63,828 nt of DNA from Mycobacteriales bacterium (GTDB taxonomy: Bacteria > Actinomycetota > Actinomycetes > Mycobacteriales > CADCTP01), in the NCBI GenBank assembly GCA_045806925.1, contig JBJMII010000085.1, positions 1 to 63,828 on the forward strand, in the 5' to 3' direction. Made by a program: the position numbers and the translations under genes. Every line of letters begins with the position of its first letter. The stretch's first letter is position 1. Positions 1 through 8,548 of the stretch are shown here, in pieces. The notes under the pieces are model-generated. The model had not been told where the DNA came from. It ran no database searches and was given only the letters and a program-made list of their open reading frames with translations.

Positions 1-2
1 GA

Positions 3-23
3 AACTGTCGTAACCCTACAAGG
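3..23. promoter_or_regulatory. Putative FasR/MabR-type operator upstream of fabD
   Basis: TGT-N9-ACA core (TGT 6-8, ACA 18-20), about 70 bp upstream of fabD. Resembles the TTTTGT-N9-ACAAAA site recalled for mycobacterial fasII operons, but the flanks are degenerate. Confidence 0.45.
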
Positions 24-89
24 CACTCCGACACCACTTCGTGACCCGCGCCCTCCCGTCCGGGCCGCGCAGCGACCACGGTAGACAGC

Positions 90-1274
90 GTGCTGGCTCT
101 CATGTCCCCCGGCCAGGGCGCGCAGGCGCCCGGGATGCTCGCCCCGTGGCTGGAGCTGCCCGCGGTGGCGGCCCGGCTGCGCTGGCTGTCCACGGTCGCC
201 GGGCTCGACCTGGTCGAGCTGGGCACCACCGCCGGCGCGGACGAGATCCGCGACACCGCGGTCACCCAGCCGCTGCTGGTCGCCACCGCGCTCGCCGCGG
301 CCGCCGAGCTGGAGCTGCCGACGTCGGGCGCCGACGTGGTGGCCGCCGGGCACAGCGTCGGCGAGCTGGTCGCCGCCGCGCTGGCCGGCGTCTTCGGCCC
401 GGAGGCGGCCGTCGCGCTGGCCCGGCTGCGCGGCCGGGAGATGGCCGCCGCCTGCGGGCTGGCGCCGACCGGCATGTCCGCGGTGCTCGGCGGCGACCCG
501 GACGAGGTGGCCGCCGGCATCCAGGCGCTCGGCCTCACCCCGGCCAACCGCAACGCCGCCGGCCAGCTCGTCGCCGCCGGCAGCACCGAGCAGCTGGCCG
601 CCCTGGCCGCCCAGCCCCCCGGCGGCGCGAAAGTCCGGCCGCTGACCGTCGCCGGCGCCTTCCACACCCACTACATGGCCCCCGCCGAGGAGGCGCTCGG
701 CGCGGTCGCCGACGGGGTCGGCCGGCGCGACCCGGAGCTGCTGCTGCTCTCCAACGCGGACGGCACCGCGGTGCACACCGGTGACGAGGTGATCGGCCGG
801 CTGGTCCGGCAGCTGACCCGGCCGGTCCGCTGGGATCTCTGCCAGGCCACCATGCGCGACCTCGGGGTGACCGCGCTGATCGAGCTGCCGCCCGCCGGCA
901 CGCTGTCCGCGATCGCCCGCCGCGAGCTGCGCGGGGTGGAGATCGTCGCGGTGAAGACGCCGGCCGAGCTGGACACCGCCCGCGCGCTGGTGGCCAAGAT
1001 CGTGCACGGCGGGCAGGCCGAGCACACCCCGGACTGGCGGGTGGTGATCGCCCCGGCCGGCGGCACCTTCGCCACCGCCGGGGTCACCGAGGGCACCCGG
1101 GTGTCCGCCGGCAGCAAGCTCGGCGCGGTCCGCACCAAGAAGGAGGACCTCCAGGTCAGCGCCGGCTACGACGGGGTGCTGGTGGAGTGGCTGCTGCAGG
1201 ACGGCGACCTGGTGGATCCGGGCGAGCCGCTCGCCCGGCTGGTCCCCGAGCATGGGTGGGAGGACGGCGCATGA
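90..1274 (+). CDS. fabD: Malonyl-CoA:ACP transacylase with C-terminal biotinyl/lipoyl-like domain
   Basis: PGQGAQ, GHSVGE (catalytic Ser), AGAFH and PVRW motifs; first gene of the fab operon; about 75-aa C-terminal extension. Confidence 0.93.
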   Translation: MLALMSPGQGAQAPGMLAPWLELPAVAARLRWLSTVAGLDLVELGTTAGADEIRDTAVTQPLLVATALAAAAELELPTSGADVVAAGHSVGELVAAALAGVFGPEAAVALARLRGREMAAACGLAPTGMSAVLGGDPDEVAAGIQALGLTPANRNAAGQLVAAGSTEQLAALAAQPPGGAKVRPLTVAGAFHTHYMAPAEEALGAVADGVGRRDPELLLLSNADGTAVHTGDEVIGRLVRQLTRPVRWDLCQATMRDLGVTALIELPPAGTLSAIARRELRGVEIVAVKTPAELDTARALVAKIVHGGQAEHTPDWRVVIAPAGGTFATAGVTEGTRVSAGSKLGAVRTKKEDLQVSAGYDGVLVEWLLQDGDLVDPGEPLARLVPEHGWEDGA

Positions 1275-2236
1275 GGATCGCACCCGGCGTGCCCGGCGCC
1301 CGCATCCTCGCTCTCGGCGAGCACCAGCCGGCGAAGGTGGTCACCAACCACGACCTGGCTGCCCGGATGGACACCAGCGACCAGTGGATCCGCAACCGGG
1401 TCGGCATCGCCAGCCGGCGGGTCGCCGGACCGGACGAGTCGGTGGTCGACATGGCGGTCGCCGCCGGCGGCAAGGCAATCGCGGCCAGCGGTCTGGCCGC
1501 CGCCGACGTCGACCTGGTCATCGTCGCCACCTGCACGATGCCCAGCCCGATCCCGAACGCGGCGCCCCAGGTGGCGACCCGGCTCGGCATCCAGGCGCCG
1601 GGGGCGTACGACCTGAACGCGGCCTGCGCCGGCTTCGTCTACGGGCTGAACGCGGGCGCCTCCGCGATCACCACCGGCGCGGCCCGGCACGTGCTGCTGA
1701 TCGGCGCGGAGAAGCTGACCGACTGGGTGGATCAGCAGGACCGCTCGACCGCGATCATCTTCGCCGACGGGGCCGGCGCGGCCGTGCTCGGCCCGGCCGG
1801 CACCGAGGAGGAGATCGGCATCGGCCCGGTGGCCTGGGGCAGCGCCGGCGAGCGGGCGGACACCATCTACATCCGGGACCGCGACTCCTTCCTCTGGCAG
1901 GAGGGGCAGGCGGTCTTCCGGTGGGCCACCACCTCGCTCGCCCCGGTGGCGCTGGAGGCCTGCAAGCGGGCCGGGATCTCGGTCACCGACCTGGCCGCGT
2001 TCGTCCCGCACCAGGCCAACCTGCGGATCATCGAGGCGGTCGCCCGCAAGCTCGACGCACCCGGGGTGCCGGTGGCCACCGACATCGTGGAGTCCGGCAA
2101 CACCTCCTCGGCGTCGATCCCGCTGGCCCTGGCCCGGATGGTCGAGCGCGGGGAGCTGTCGTCCGGCGCGCCGGTGCTGCTGCTCGGCTTCGGTGCCGGG
2201 CTCACGTACGCGGGGCAGGTCGTGCTCTGTCCCTGA
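1271..2236 (+). CDS. fabH: 3-oxoacyl-ACP synthase III
   Basis: AACAGF (Cys), PHQAN (His), GNTSSAS (Asn), GFGAG. ATG at 1271 overlaps the fabD stop (ATGA). Confidence 0.96.
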   Translation: MRIAPGVPGARILALGEHQPAKVVTNHDLAARMDTSDQWIRNRVGIASRRVAGPDESVVDMAVAAGGKAIAASGLAAADVDLVIVATCTMPSPIPNAAPQVATRLGIQAPGAYDLNAACAGFVYGLNAGASAITTGAARHVLLIGAEKLTDWVDQQDRSTAIIFADGAGAAVLGPAGTEEEIGIGPVAWGSAGERADTIYIRDRDSFLWQEGQAVFRWATTSLAPVALEACKRAGISVTDLAAFVPHQANLRIIEAVARKLDAPGVPVATDIVESGNTSSASIPLALARMVERGELSSGAPVLLLGFGAGLTYAGQVVLCP

Positions 2237-2248
2237 CCTGTCCCTGAC
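2227..2248. repeat. 11-bp tandem duplication spanning the fabH stop codon
   Basis: CTGTCCCTGAC x2. Confidence 0.8.
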
Positions 2249-2277
2249 CGGCCCACCCGCAAGCCGAACCCGGACCC

Positions 2278-2369
2278 GGAACCAACGACCGGAACCAACG
2301 ACCGGAACCGACGACCTGGAAACGACGACCTGGAAACGACGACCTGGAAACGACGACCGGAAACGACGA
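2278..2369. repeat. 13-14 bp tandem repeat, about 7 units
   Basis: GGAACCAACGACC x2, GGAACCGACGACCT, GGAAACGACGACC(T) x3 and a partial unit; ends at the acpP RBS. Confidence 0.92.
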
Positions 2370-2381
2370 GAGGAAGACACA

Positions 2382-2630
2382 GTGGCGAACGAGGATGTCC
2401 GCGCCGGCCTGGCCGAGATCCTGGAGGAGGTCGCCGGCGTGCTGCCGGCGGACGTCAGCGAGGAGAAGTCGTTCACCGACGACCTCGACGTCGACTCGCT
2501 GTCCATGGTCGAGATCGCGCTGGCCGCGGAGGAGCGCTTCGGGGTGAAGATCCCGGACGACGAGCTGGCCAACCTGCGCACCGTCGGCGACGCGGTCGGC
2601 TACATCGAGAAGGCCCAGGCCGCGGCGTGA
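2382..2630 (+). CDS. acpP: Acyl carrier protein (FAS II)
   Basis: DLDVDSLSMVEI phosphopantetheine motif; GTG at 2382 after GAGAGGAAG. Confidence 0.96.
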   Translation: MANEDVRAGLAEILEEVAGVLPADVSEEKSFTDDLDVDSLSMVEIALAAEERFGVKIPDDELANLRTVGDAVGYIEKAQAAA

Positions 2631-2736
2631 CCGCGCGCGCAGGCTCCCGGCCGGATCGGGGAGCCGTCCGGCCGGCTGCCGCGCGCAGGGGTACGCCGAT
2701 GGGCGCGGTGCCGGGGAGCACGACCGAGGAGAGCCC

Positions 2737-3987
2737 ATGACCACCCGACCGACCGTCGTCGTGACCGGGCTGGGCGCCACCACGCCGCTCGGCGGCGACG
2801 TACGCTCCACCTGGGCGGGCCTGCTGGCCGGGCGCTCCGGGGTGACGCCGCTGACCGACGACTGGGCCAGAGACTTCCCGGCCCGGATCATCGCCCGGAT
2901 GGCCGTCGAGCCCACCACCGTGTTGGAGCGGGTGGAGGCCCGCCGGCTGGACCGCTGCCAGCAGGCAGCGCTGGTGGCCGGCCGGGAGGCCTGGGCGGAC
3001 GCCGGCTACGCCACTCTGAAGCGCGGCGGTGACGGCGACGCGGTGGACCCGGACCGGCTGGCCGTGGTGATCGGCACCGGCATCGGCGGCGCGCTGACGA
3101 TGCTCGGCCAGGACGACGTCCTGGAGTCCCGCGGCGTGCGCCGGGTGTCGCCGCTCACCGTGCCCATGCTCATGCCGAACGGGCCGGCCGCCGCGCTGGG
3201 CCTCGAGTTCGGCGCCCGGGCCGGCGTGCACACCCCGGTGAGCGCCTGCGCCAGCGGCGCGGAGGCCATCGCGCTCGGGCTGGACCTGATCCGGGCCGGC
3301 CGCGCCGACGTGGTCGTGGTCGGCGGCACCGAGGCGGTGGTGCACCCGCTGCCGATGGCCGGCTTCGCCCAGATGCGCGCGCTGTCCACCCGCAACGACG
3401 AGCCGGAGTCGGCGTCCCGCCCGGTCGACAAGGGCCGGGACGGTTTCGTGCTCGGCGAGGGCGCGGGCGTGCTGGTGCTGGAGCGGGCGGACCACGCCGC
3501 CGGCCGCGGGAAGAACCCGTACGCGGTGCTCGCCGGCGCCGGCATCACCTCCGACGGCTACCACATCACCGCCCCGGACCCGGCCGGCACCGGCGCCGCC
3601 CGGGCGATCAGCATCGCGCTCCGGGACGCCGACCTGTCGCCGGGGGACGTCGCGCACGTCAACGCGCACGCCACCTCGACTCCGGTCGGCGACGTCGCCG
3701 AGGCGCTGGCGATCCGCACCTCGATCGGTGACCACCCGCTGCTCACCGCGCCGAAGTCGATGCTGGGACACCAGCTCGGCGCGGCCGGCGCGGTGGAGAC
3801 GATCGCCACCGTGCTGACCGTCCATAACGACATCGTGCCGGTGACCCGCAACCTCGACGACCTCGACGACGACGTGCAGCTGGACGTCGTGTCGGTCGAG
3901 CCGCGCCGGCTGCCGGTGCCGGCAGCCGTCAACGACGCCTTCGGCTTCGGCGGCCACAACGTGGCCGTCGTGGTCCGCAAGCCCTGA
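2737..3987 (+). CDS. fabF: 3-oxoacyl-ACP synthase II
   Basis: SACASG (Cys), NAHATST, KSMLGH, FGFGGHN. Confidence 0.96.
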   Translation: MTTRPTVVVTGLGATTPLGGDVRSTWAGLLAGRSGVTPLTDDWARDFPARIIARMAVEPTTVLERVEARRLDRCQQAALVAGREAWADAGYATLKRGGDGDAVDPDRLAVVIGTGIGGALTMLGQDDVLESRGVRRVSPLTVPMLMPNGPAAALGLEFGARAGVHTPVSACASGAEAIALGLDLIRAGRADVVVVGGTEAVVHPLPMAGFAQMRALSTRNDEPESASRPVDKGRDGFVLGEGAGVLVLERADHAAGRGKNPYAVLAGAGITSDGYHITAPDPAGTGAARAISIALRDADLSPGDVAHVNAHATSTPVGDVAEALAIRTSIGDHPLLTAPKSMLGHQLGAAGAVETIATVLTVHNDIVPVTRNLDDLDDDVQLDVVSVEPRRLPVPAAVNDAFGFGGHNVAVVVRKP

Positions 3988-4033
3988 TGCCCGCCCTGAC
4001 CCGCACGGGCCCGCCCACCGTTTCGCACACCTA

Positions 4034-5479
4034 GTGAAGGAGTCTCAGGTGGCCTCCCCCCTGCTGGACCGGACGGACGACACGCCCGACTGGCGGGACC
4101 CGGCCGTCCGCCTCGCGGCGCTGCTGGACCCCGGGTCGCTGCGCAAGCTCGCGCCCTTCGACAACAGCGGCGCGTACGCCGCCCGGGGCACCATCGCCGG
4201 CAGCCGTGTGGTCGCGTACGCGACCGACCCGCAGAAGATGGGCGGCGCGATGGGCTCGGACGGCTGCCGGCACATCGTGGACGCGATCGACACCGCGGTC
4301 CGCGAGCGGGTGCCGGTGGTCGGGCTGTGGCACTCCGGCGGCGCCCGGCTGGCCGAGGGCGTCGAGGCGCTGGACGCGGTCGGCCAGGTCTTCGCCGCGA
4401 TGGTGCGCGCCTCCGGGCGGGTGCCGCAGATCTCGGTGGTGCTCGGCCCGGCGGCCGGCGGGGCCGCGTACGGCCCGGCGCTGACCGACATCGTGGTGAT
4501 GGGGCCGGGTGGCCGGGTCTTCGTGACCGGGCCGGACGTGGTGCGCTCGGTGACCGGCGAGGACGTCGACATGGAGCGGCTCGGCGGCCCGGACACGCAC
4601 GGGCGGCGCTCCGGCGTGGCGCACGTGGTGGCCAAGACCGATGCCGAGGCGCTGGCCGAGGGCCGCCGGCTGGCCGAGCTGCTGGCCCGGCCGGGCCGGA
4701 TCGACCTCGGCTCGCTGGCCGCCACCGACCTCGGCGAGCTGCTCCCGGACAACCCGAAGCGCGCGTACGACGTGCACCCGCTGATCGCCGGCCTGCTAGA
4801 CCCGGCGCCGGATGGGCAGCCGGCCGCGTCGGTGGAGCTGCACGCCCGGTGGGCGCCGAACATCGTCACCTCGCTCGGCCGGCTGGCCGGCCGCACCGTC
4901 GGCGTGATCGCGAACAACCCGATGCGGCTCGGCGGCTGCCTGGACTCGGCGTCGGCGGAGAAGGCGGCGCGGTTCGTGCGGATGTGCGACGCCTTCGGGG
5001 TGCCGCTGGTGGTGCTGGTGGACGTGCCGGGCTACCTGCCCGGGGTCGGCCAGGAGTGGGACGGCGTGGTGCGGCGCGGTGCGAAGCTGCTGCATGCCTT
5101 CGCCGAGGCGGTGGTGCCGCGGGTGACGCTGGTGACCCGGAAGGCGTACGGCGGGGCGTACATCGCGATGAACTCCCGCTCGCTCGGCGCGACCGCGGTC
5201 TACGCCTGGCCGGACGCGCAGGTCGCGGTGATGGGCCCGTCCGCGGCGGTCGGCATCCTGCACCGCAGGAAGCTCGCCGCGGCCCCGCCCGGGGAGCGGG
5301 AGGCGCTGCACGCGCAGCTCGCCGCCGAGCACGAGAAGGTCGCCGGCGGCGTCAACCGAGCCCTGGAGATCGGCGTGGTGGACGCGGTCGTCGAGCCCGC
5401 GGAGACCCTGCGCACGCTGGCCGAGGCACTCGCCGGCGCCCCCTCCGGCCGCGGCGCGCACGGCAACATCCCGCTCTGA
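4034..5479 (+). CDS. Acyl-CoA carboxylase carboxyltransferase (beta) subunit
   Basis: SGGARLAEG, DVPGYLPG, RKAYGGAY and C-terminal HGNIPL motifs; AccD6-like position in the fab operon. Start may be 4049. Confidence 0.93.
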   Translation: MKESQVASPLLDRTDDTPDWRDPAVRLAALLDPGSLRKLAPFDNSGAYAARGTIAGSRVVAYATDPQKMGGAMGSDGCRHIVDAIDTAVRERVPVVGLWHSGGARLAEGVEALDAVGQVFAAMVRASGRVPQISVVLGPAAGGAAYGPALTDIVVMGPGGRVFVTGPDVVRSVTGEDVDMERLGGPDTHGRRSGVAHVVAKTDAEALAEGRRLAELLARPGRIDLGSLAATDLGELLPDNPKRAYDVHPLIAGLLDPAPDGQPAASVELHARWAPNIVTSLGRLAGRTVGVIANNPMRLGGCLDSASAEKAARFVRMCDAFGVPLVVLVDVPGYLPGVGQEWDGVVRRGAKLLHAFAEAVVPRVTLVTRKAYGGAYIAMNSRSLGATAVYAWPDAQVAVMGPSAAVGILHRRKLAAAPPGEREALHAQLAAEHEKVAGGVNRALEIGVVDAVVEPAETLRTLAEALAGAPSGRGAHGNIPL

Positions 5480-5485
5480 CAGTGC

Positions 5486-5977
5486 TCAGCCGACCTGGTG
5501 CAGCCAGGTCACCGGGGCTCCGTCGCCGGCGTGCCGGTACGGCTCGAGCTCCGCGTCCCAGGCGGCACCGAGCAGGGTGTCCAGGCGGTGCGCGTAGTCC
5601 TCGCCGGAGCGGGCGGTGGCGACCAGCGCGCGCAGCTGCTCCTCCCCGACCACCACGTCCCCGTTCGCCCCGGTCGAGGTGCGGAAGACCCCGCGCCCGG
5701 GCACGTAGGAGATCCGCTCGCCGTCGTAGCCCTCGCTCGGGTCCTCGGTGACCTCGAAGCGGACCATCGACCAGGACCGCAGGGCGGCCGCGATCTTGCT
5801 CGCGATCCCGGGCCGGCCGGTCCAGGAGCACTCCGCGCGCAGCTGGCCGGGGGCGGCGGGCTGCGCGGTCCAGGTCAGGCTCACCCGGGTGCCGAGCACG
5901 CCGGAGATCGCCCACTCCGCGTGCGGCACCACGGCAGGCGGGCACGAGTGGACGTAGACGACGCCACGGGTCGGCAC
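5486..5977 (-). CDS. DUF3145 family protein
   Basis: RGVVYVHSCP..PHAEWA N-terminus and WDAELEPYR..VTWLHQVG C-terminus; RBS AAGGAGG; usual position convergent to the fab operon. Confidence 0.88.
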   Translation of the reverse strand: MPTRGVVYVHSCPPAVVPHAEWAISGVLGTRVSLTWTAQPAAPGQLRAECSWTGRPGIASKIAAALRSWSMVRFEVTEDPSEGYDGERISYVPGRGVFRTSTGANGDVVVGEEQLRALVATARSGEDYAHRLDTLLGAAWDAELEPYRHAGDGAPVTWLHQVG

Positions 5978-6112
5978 AGGGAACCTCCTTCTCACCACGA
6001 GGTGCGCCTTCCCCAGCGGCCTCGGGCGAGCCGGATCCCCGGTGCGCTGATCATTGTGCACGCCGCGTGCTGGAACAGCCAGCGGGACACTCCGGGAGCC
6101 GGGTGCGCGGGC

Positions 6113-6493
6113 TCAGCCCGGCCCGACGGTGCGGTAGCGGCGGTGGTTGCGGATCCGGGCGGCGGCCTGCGCGCCGCTGCAGGCCGGGCAGCCCGGGTGC
6201 CAGCTGCCGGGCCCGGCGTGCCGGGCCGGGTCCAGCGCCGGCGCGGCGAGCCCGACCAGGTCCTCCAGCTCGGCCCAGCGCAGCCCGTCGGCCTGCACCA
6301 CCATCCCGTGCCCGCGGCCGTGGTCGTCGTCGGCGACCAACGCCCGGGCCGCGTAGAGCCCGGCGACCAGGTCGGCCCGGTCCACCCCGGCGGCGGACAG
6401 CCGGTCCATCTCGGCCCGGACCGCGGCGCCGGCGGCGGTCAGCCGTGGCAGGTCCGGCTCCCGGACGATGGGCACGAACGGCTGGTCGGTCAC
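6113..6493 (-). CDS. Hypothetical protein (126 aa), probably SOS-regulated
   Basis: GTG after GGGGGAC; GC3-rich frame; HPGCPAC motif near the C-terminus; SOS box about 30 bp upstream. Confidence 0.6.
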   Translation of the reverse strand: MTDQPFVPIVREPDLPRLTAAGAAVRAEMDRLSAAGVDRADLVAGLYAARALVADDDHGRGHGMVVQADGLRWAELEDLVGLAAPALDPARHAGPGSWHPGCPACSGAQAAARIRNHRRYRTVGPG

Positions 6494-6522
6494 GCGTCCC
6501 CCGCACTGCTCGACGCTCGACC

Positions 6523-6536
6523 CGAACACATGTTCG
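6523..6536. promoter_or_regulatory. LexA (SOS) box, actinobacterial type
   Basis: CGAAC-ACAT-GTTCG matches the CGAAC-N4-GTTCG core; intergenic between divergent genes. Confidence 0.82.
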
Positions 6537-6750
6537 CACGATGGGCGGCCGACGCGCGACCCGGCTGCACGCCCGTGGAGCCGGACCGGCCGCCCGGGTC
6601 TCCCGACCCGGGACCCTGGTGCCGACCCGGGCGGGCTGGGACGCTGGCTGGGGCGGCGCTGCCGGTGCTGCACGACGCCGTCCGGCCGGTGCCGCGCCGG
6701 CTGCCGGACCGGTACGTCGCAGGCAGCACCGACGGGCAGGAGAGGCATCT

Positions 6751-7509
6751 TTGACCGAACACGGGGGGCCGCCGCCGGAGCACACACCGACGCAGGGCGG
6801 CTGGCTGGACCTGGACCTGGGCCTGGGCCACCACGGGCCGGAGCCGCTGCCGGTGCTGCGCCGCCGGCTGCTGGTCGCCGGCCTGGTGCTGCTGGTGCTC
6901 GGCGTCGCGCTGACCGCGGTGGTCGCCACGCCGCGCGGGCTGGCGGCGGTGCAGCGGGTGGACGAGAACTTCCGCGAGCTGATGGCGTCGCACCGCTGGC
7001 CGCCGCTGGTCACCGTCTCCAAGGCACTCAGCCTCGGTTTCGGCGTCCTGGTGCTGTGGCCGATCCGGGCGCTGGCGACGCTCGTCATCGCGCTGCGCCG
7101 GCACTGGCTTGCGCTCGGCGCCTGGGTCTGCACGGTGGCGCTCAGCGAGCTGGTCATCGGGCCGGTCAAGACGCTGGTCGACCGGCCGCGGCCGCCCGGC
7201 CCGCTGATCGCGACGTCCGGCGCGTCCTACCCGTCCGGGCACGCGATCGCCTCCGCGGTGACCGCGATCGGGGTGGTGATGGCGCTGACCAGCGGCCGCC
7301 GCCGGCTGCACTGGATGGTCGCCGCGGTCTGCATCGCCACCGTCGTGGCCCTGAGCCGGACCTACCTGTCCGCGCACTGGCTGTCCGACGTGATCGGCGG
7401 CTCGCTGATCGGAGCCGGGATCGCGCTGGCGGTGCCGGAGGCCTTCGAGGTGGTCCGGGACCGGCGCCGGGCGGTCAGCGCCGCTCCGGAACCCCCACCA
7501 GCAGGGTGA
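6751..7509 (+). CDS. PAP2 family membrane phosphatase
   Basis: KxxxxRPRP, SYPSGH, SRTYLSAHWLSD; TM helices. TTG start uncertain. Confidence 0.88.
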   Translation: MTEHGGPPPEHTPTQGGWLDLDLGLGHHGPEPLPVLRRRLLVAGLVLLVLGVALTAVVATPRGLAAVQRVDENFRELMASHRWPPLVTVSKALSLGFGVLVLWPIRALATLVIALRRHWLALGAWVCTVALSELVIGPVKTLVDRPRPPGPLIATSGASYPSGHAIASAVTAIGVVMALTSGRRRLHWMVAAVCIATVVALSRTYLSAHWLSDVIGGSLIGAGIALAVPEAFEVVRDRRRAVSAAPEPPPAG

Positions 7510-8086
7510 GCAGCCCACCGAGCAGCAGGCCGAGGCCGGCGCCGGCGACCACGTCGAGCGGGTTGTGCGCGCCGAGGTAGACCCGCGCCACCCCGACCGC
7601 GACGGCGAGCAGCACCGCCACCACCCGCCCGCGGCGGCCGAGGTACGGCCACAGCAGGGTGACCATCCCGACCGCGACGATCGCGTGCCCGGACGGGTAG
7701 GACAGCCCGGCCGGCGGCACGCCGCGCAGGATCGCCCCCGGCTCGTTCTGCCCCGGTCGCTGCCGCTCCACCAGCGCCTTGAGCACCTGCCGCTCGGCCA
7801 CCAGCTTCAGCGGGGCGAGCAGTACCAGCGCGAGCGCCAGCCGCCAGCGGCGCAGGGCCAGCGCGACCACGGCGACCACGATGGGGGTGACCAGCACACC
7901 GAGCAGCTGCAGCGCCCACATGACGCGCTCCAGCCAGTCGGGCAGCCCGTTGATCCACCGGAAGACCGCCTTCTCGGCGCCGGACACCGCGCCGTGCCGG
8001 GCGCCGAGCGACGCGAGCACGGTCAGTGCCAGGCCGACCAGCGCCACCCACAGTGCACCCACCGGGCGCCTGACTCGTCCGGCCAC
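7475..8086 (-). CDS. PAP2 family membrane phosphatase
   Basis: KALVERQRP, SYPSGH, ARVYLGAHNPLD. Confidence 0.88.
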   Translation of the reverse strand: MAGRVRRPVGALWVALVGLALTVLASLGARHGAVSGAEKAVFRWINGLPDWLERVMWALQLLGVLVTPIVVAVVALALRRWRLALALVLLAPLKLVAERQVLKALVERQRPGQNEPGAILRGVPPAGLSYPSGHAIVAVGMVTLLWPYLGRRGRVVAVLLAVAVGVARVYLGAHNPLDVVAGAGLGLLLGGLLTLLVGVPERR

Positions 8087-8099
8087 GGGGGCGGGTCGC

Positions 8100-8477
8100 T
8101 CAGTCGTCGGGATCCCTCACCACCAGCGACAGCAGCCAGCTGACCACACTGACCACGATGGCGCCCCAGAAGGCCGCCCAGAAGCCGTCCACCTCGAACG
8201 GCGCGCCCAGCGCGTTGGTCACCGCGGCGGTCAGCCAGAACAGCAGCGCGTTGACCACCAGCGCGAACAGGCCGAGGGTGAGGATGATCAGCGGCAGCGA
8301 CAGCAGCTTGGCGACCGGCTTGATGAAGGCGTTGACCAGGCCGAAGACCGCCCCGACGACGAGCAGCGTGCCGATCTTGCCGGCGGTGGTCCGGGCGGTG
8401 ACGTCCACCCCGCCGACGATCAGGGTGGCGACCCAGACCGCGACCGCGGTGAACACGACCCGCAACAGGATTCCCAC
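8100..8477 (-). CDS. Small 4-TM membrane protein ('phage holin family', YvlD-like)
   Basis: FGLVNAFIKP..LPLIILTLGLF..VNA..GFWAAFWGA pattern. GTG 8477 lies 7 nt after CATGCT; alternative ATG at 8489. Confidence 0.85.
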   Translation of the reverse strand: MGILLRVVFTAVAVWVATLIVGGVDVTARTTAGKIGTLLVVGAVFGLVNAFIKPVAKLLSLPLIILTLGLFALVVNALLFWLTAAVTNALGAPFEVDGFWAAFWGAIVVSVVSWLLSLVVRDPDD

Positions 8478-8548
8478 GGCGGACAGCATGGCGCATCCGC
8501 GGCCGGTTGTGATCACCCAGGCCGGCGGAACCGCGCGCCGGGTGGTGG

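Noticed and set aside
8100..8477. Holin as evidence of a prophage
   Set aside because: This family is a common chromosomal membrane protein and no phage genes are nearby.
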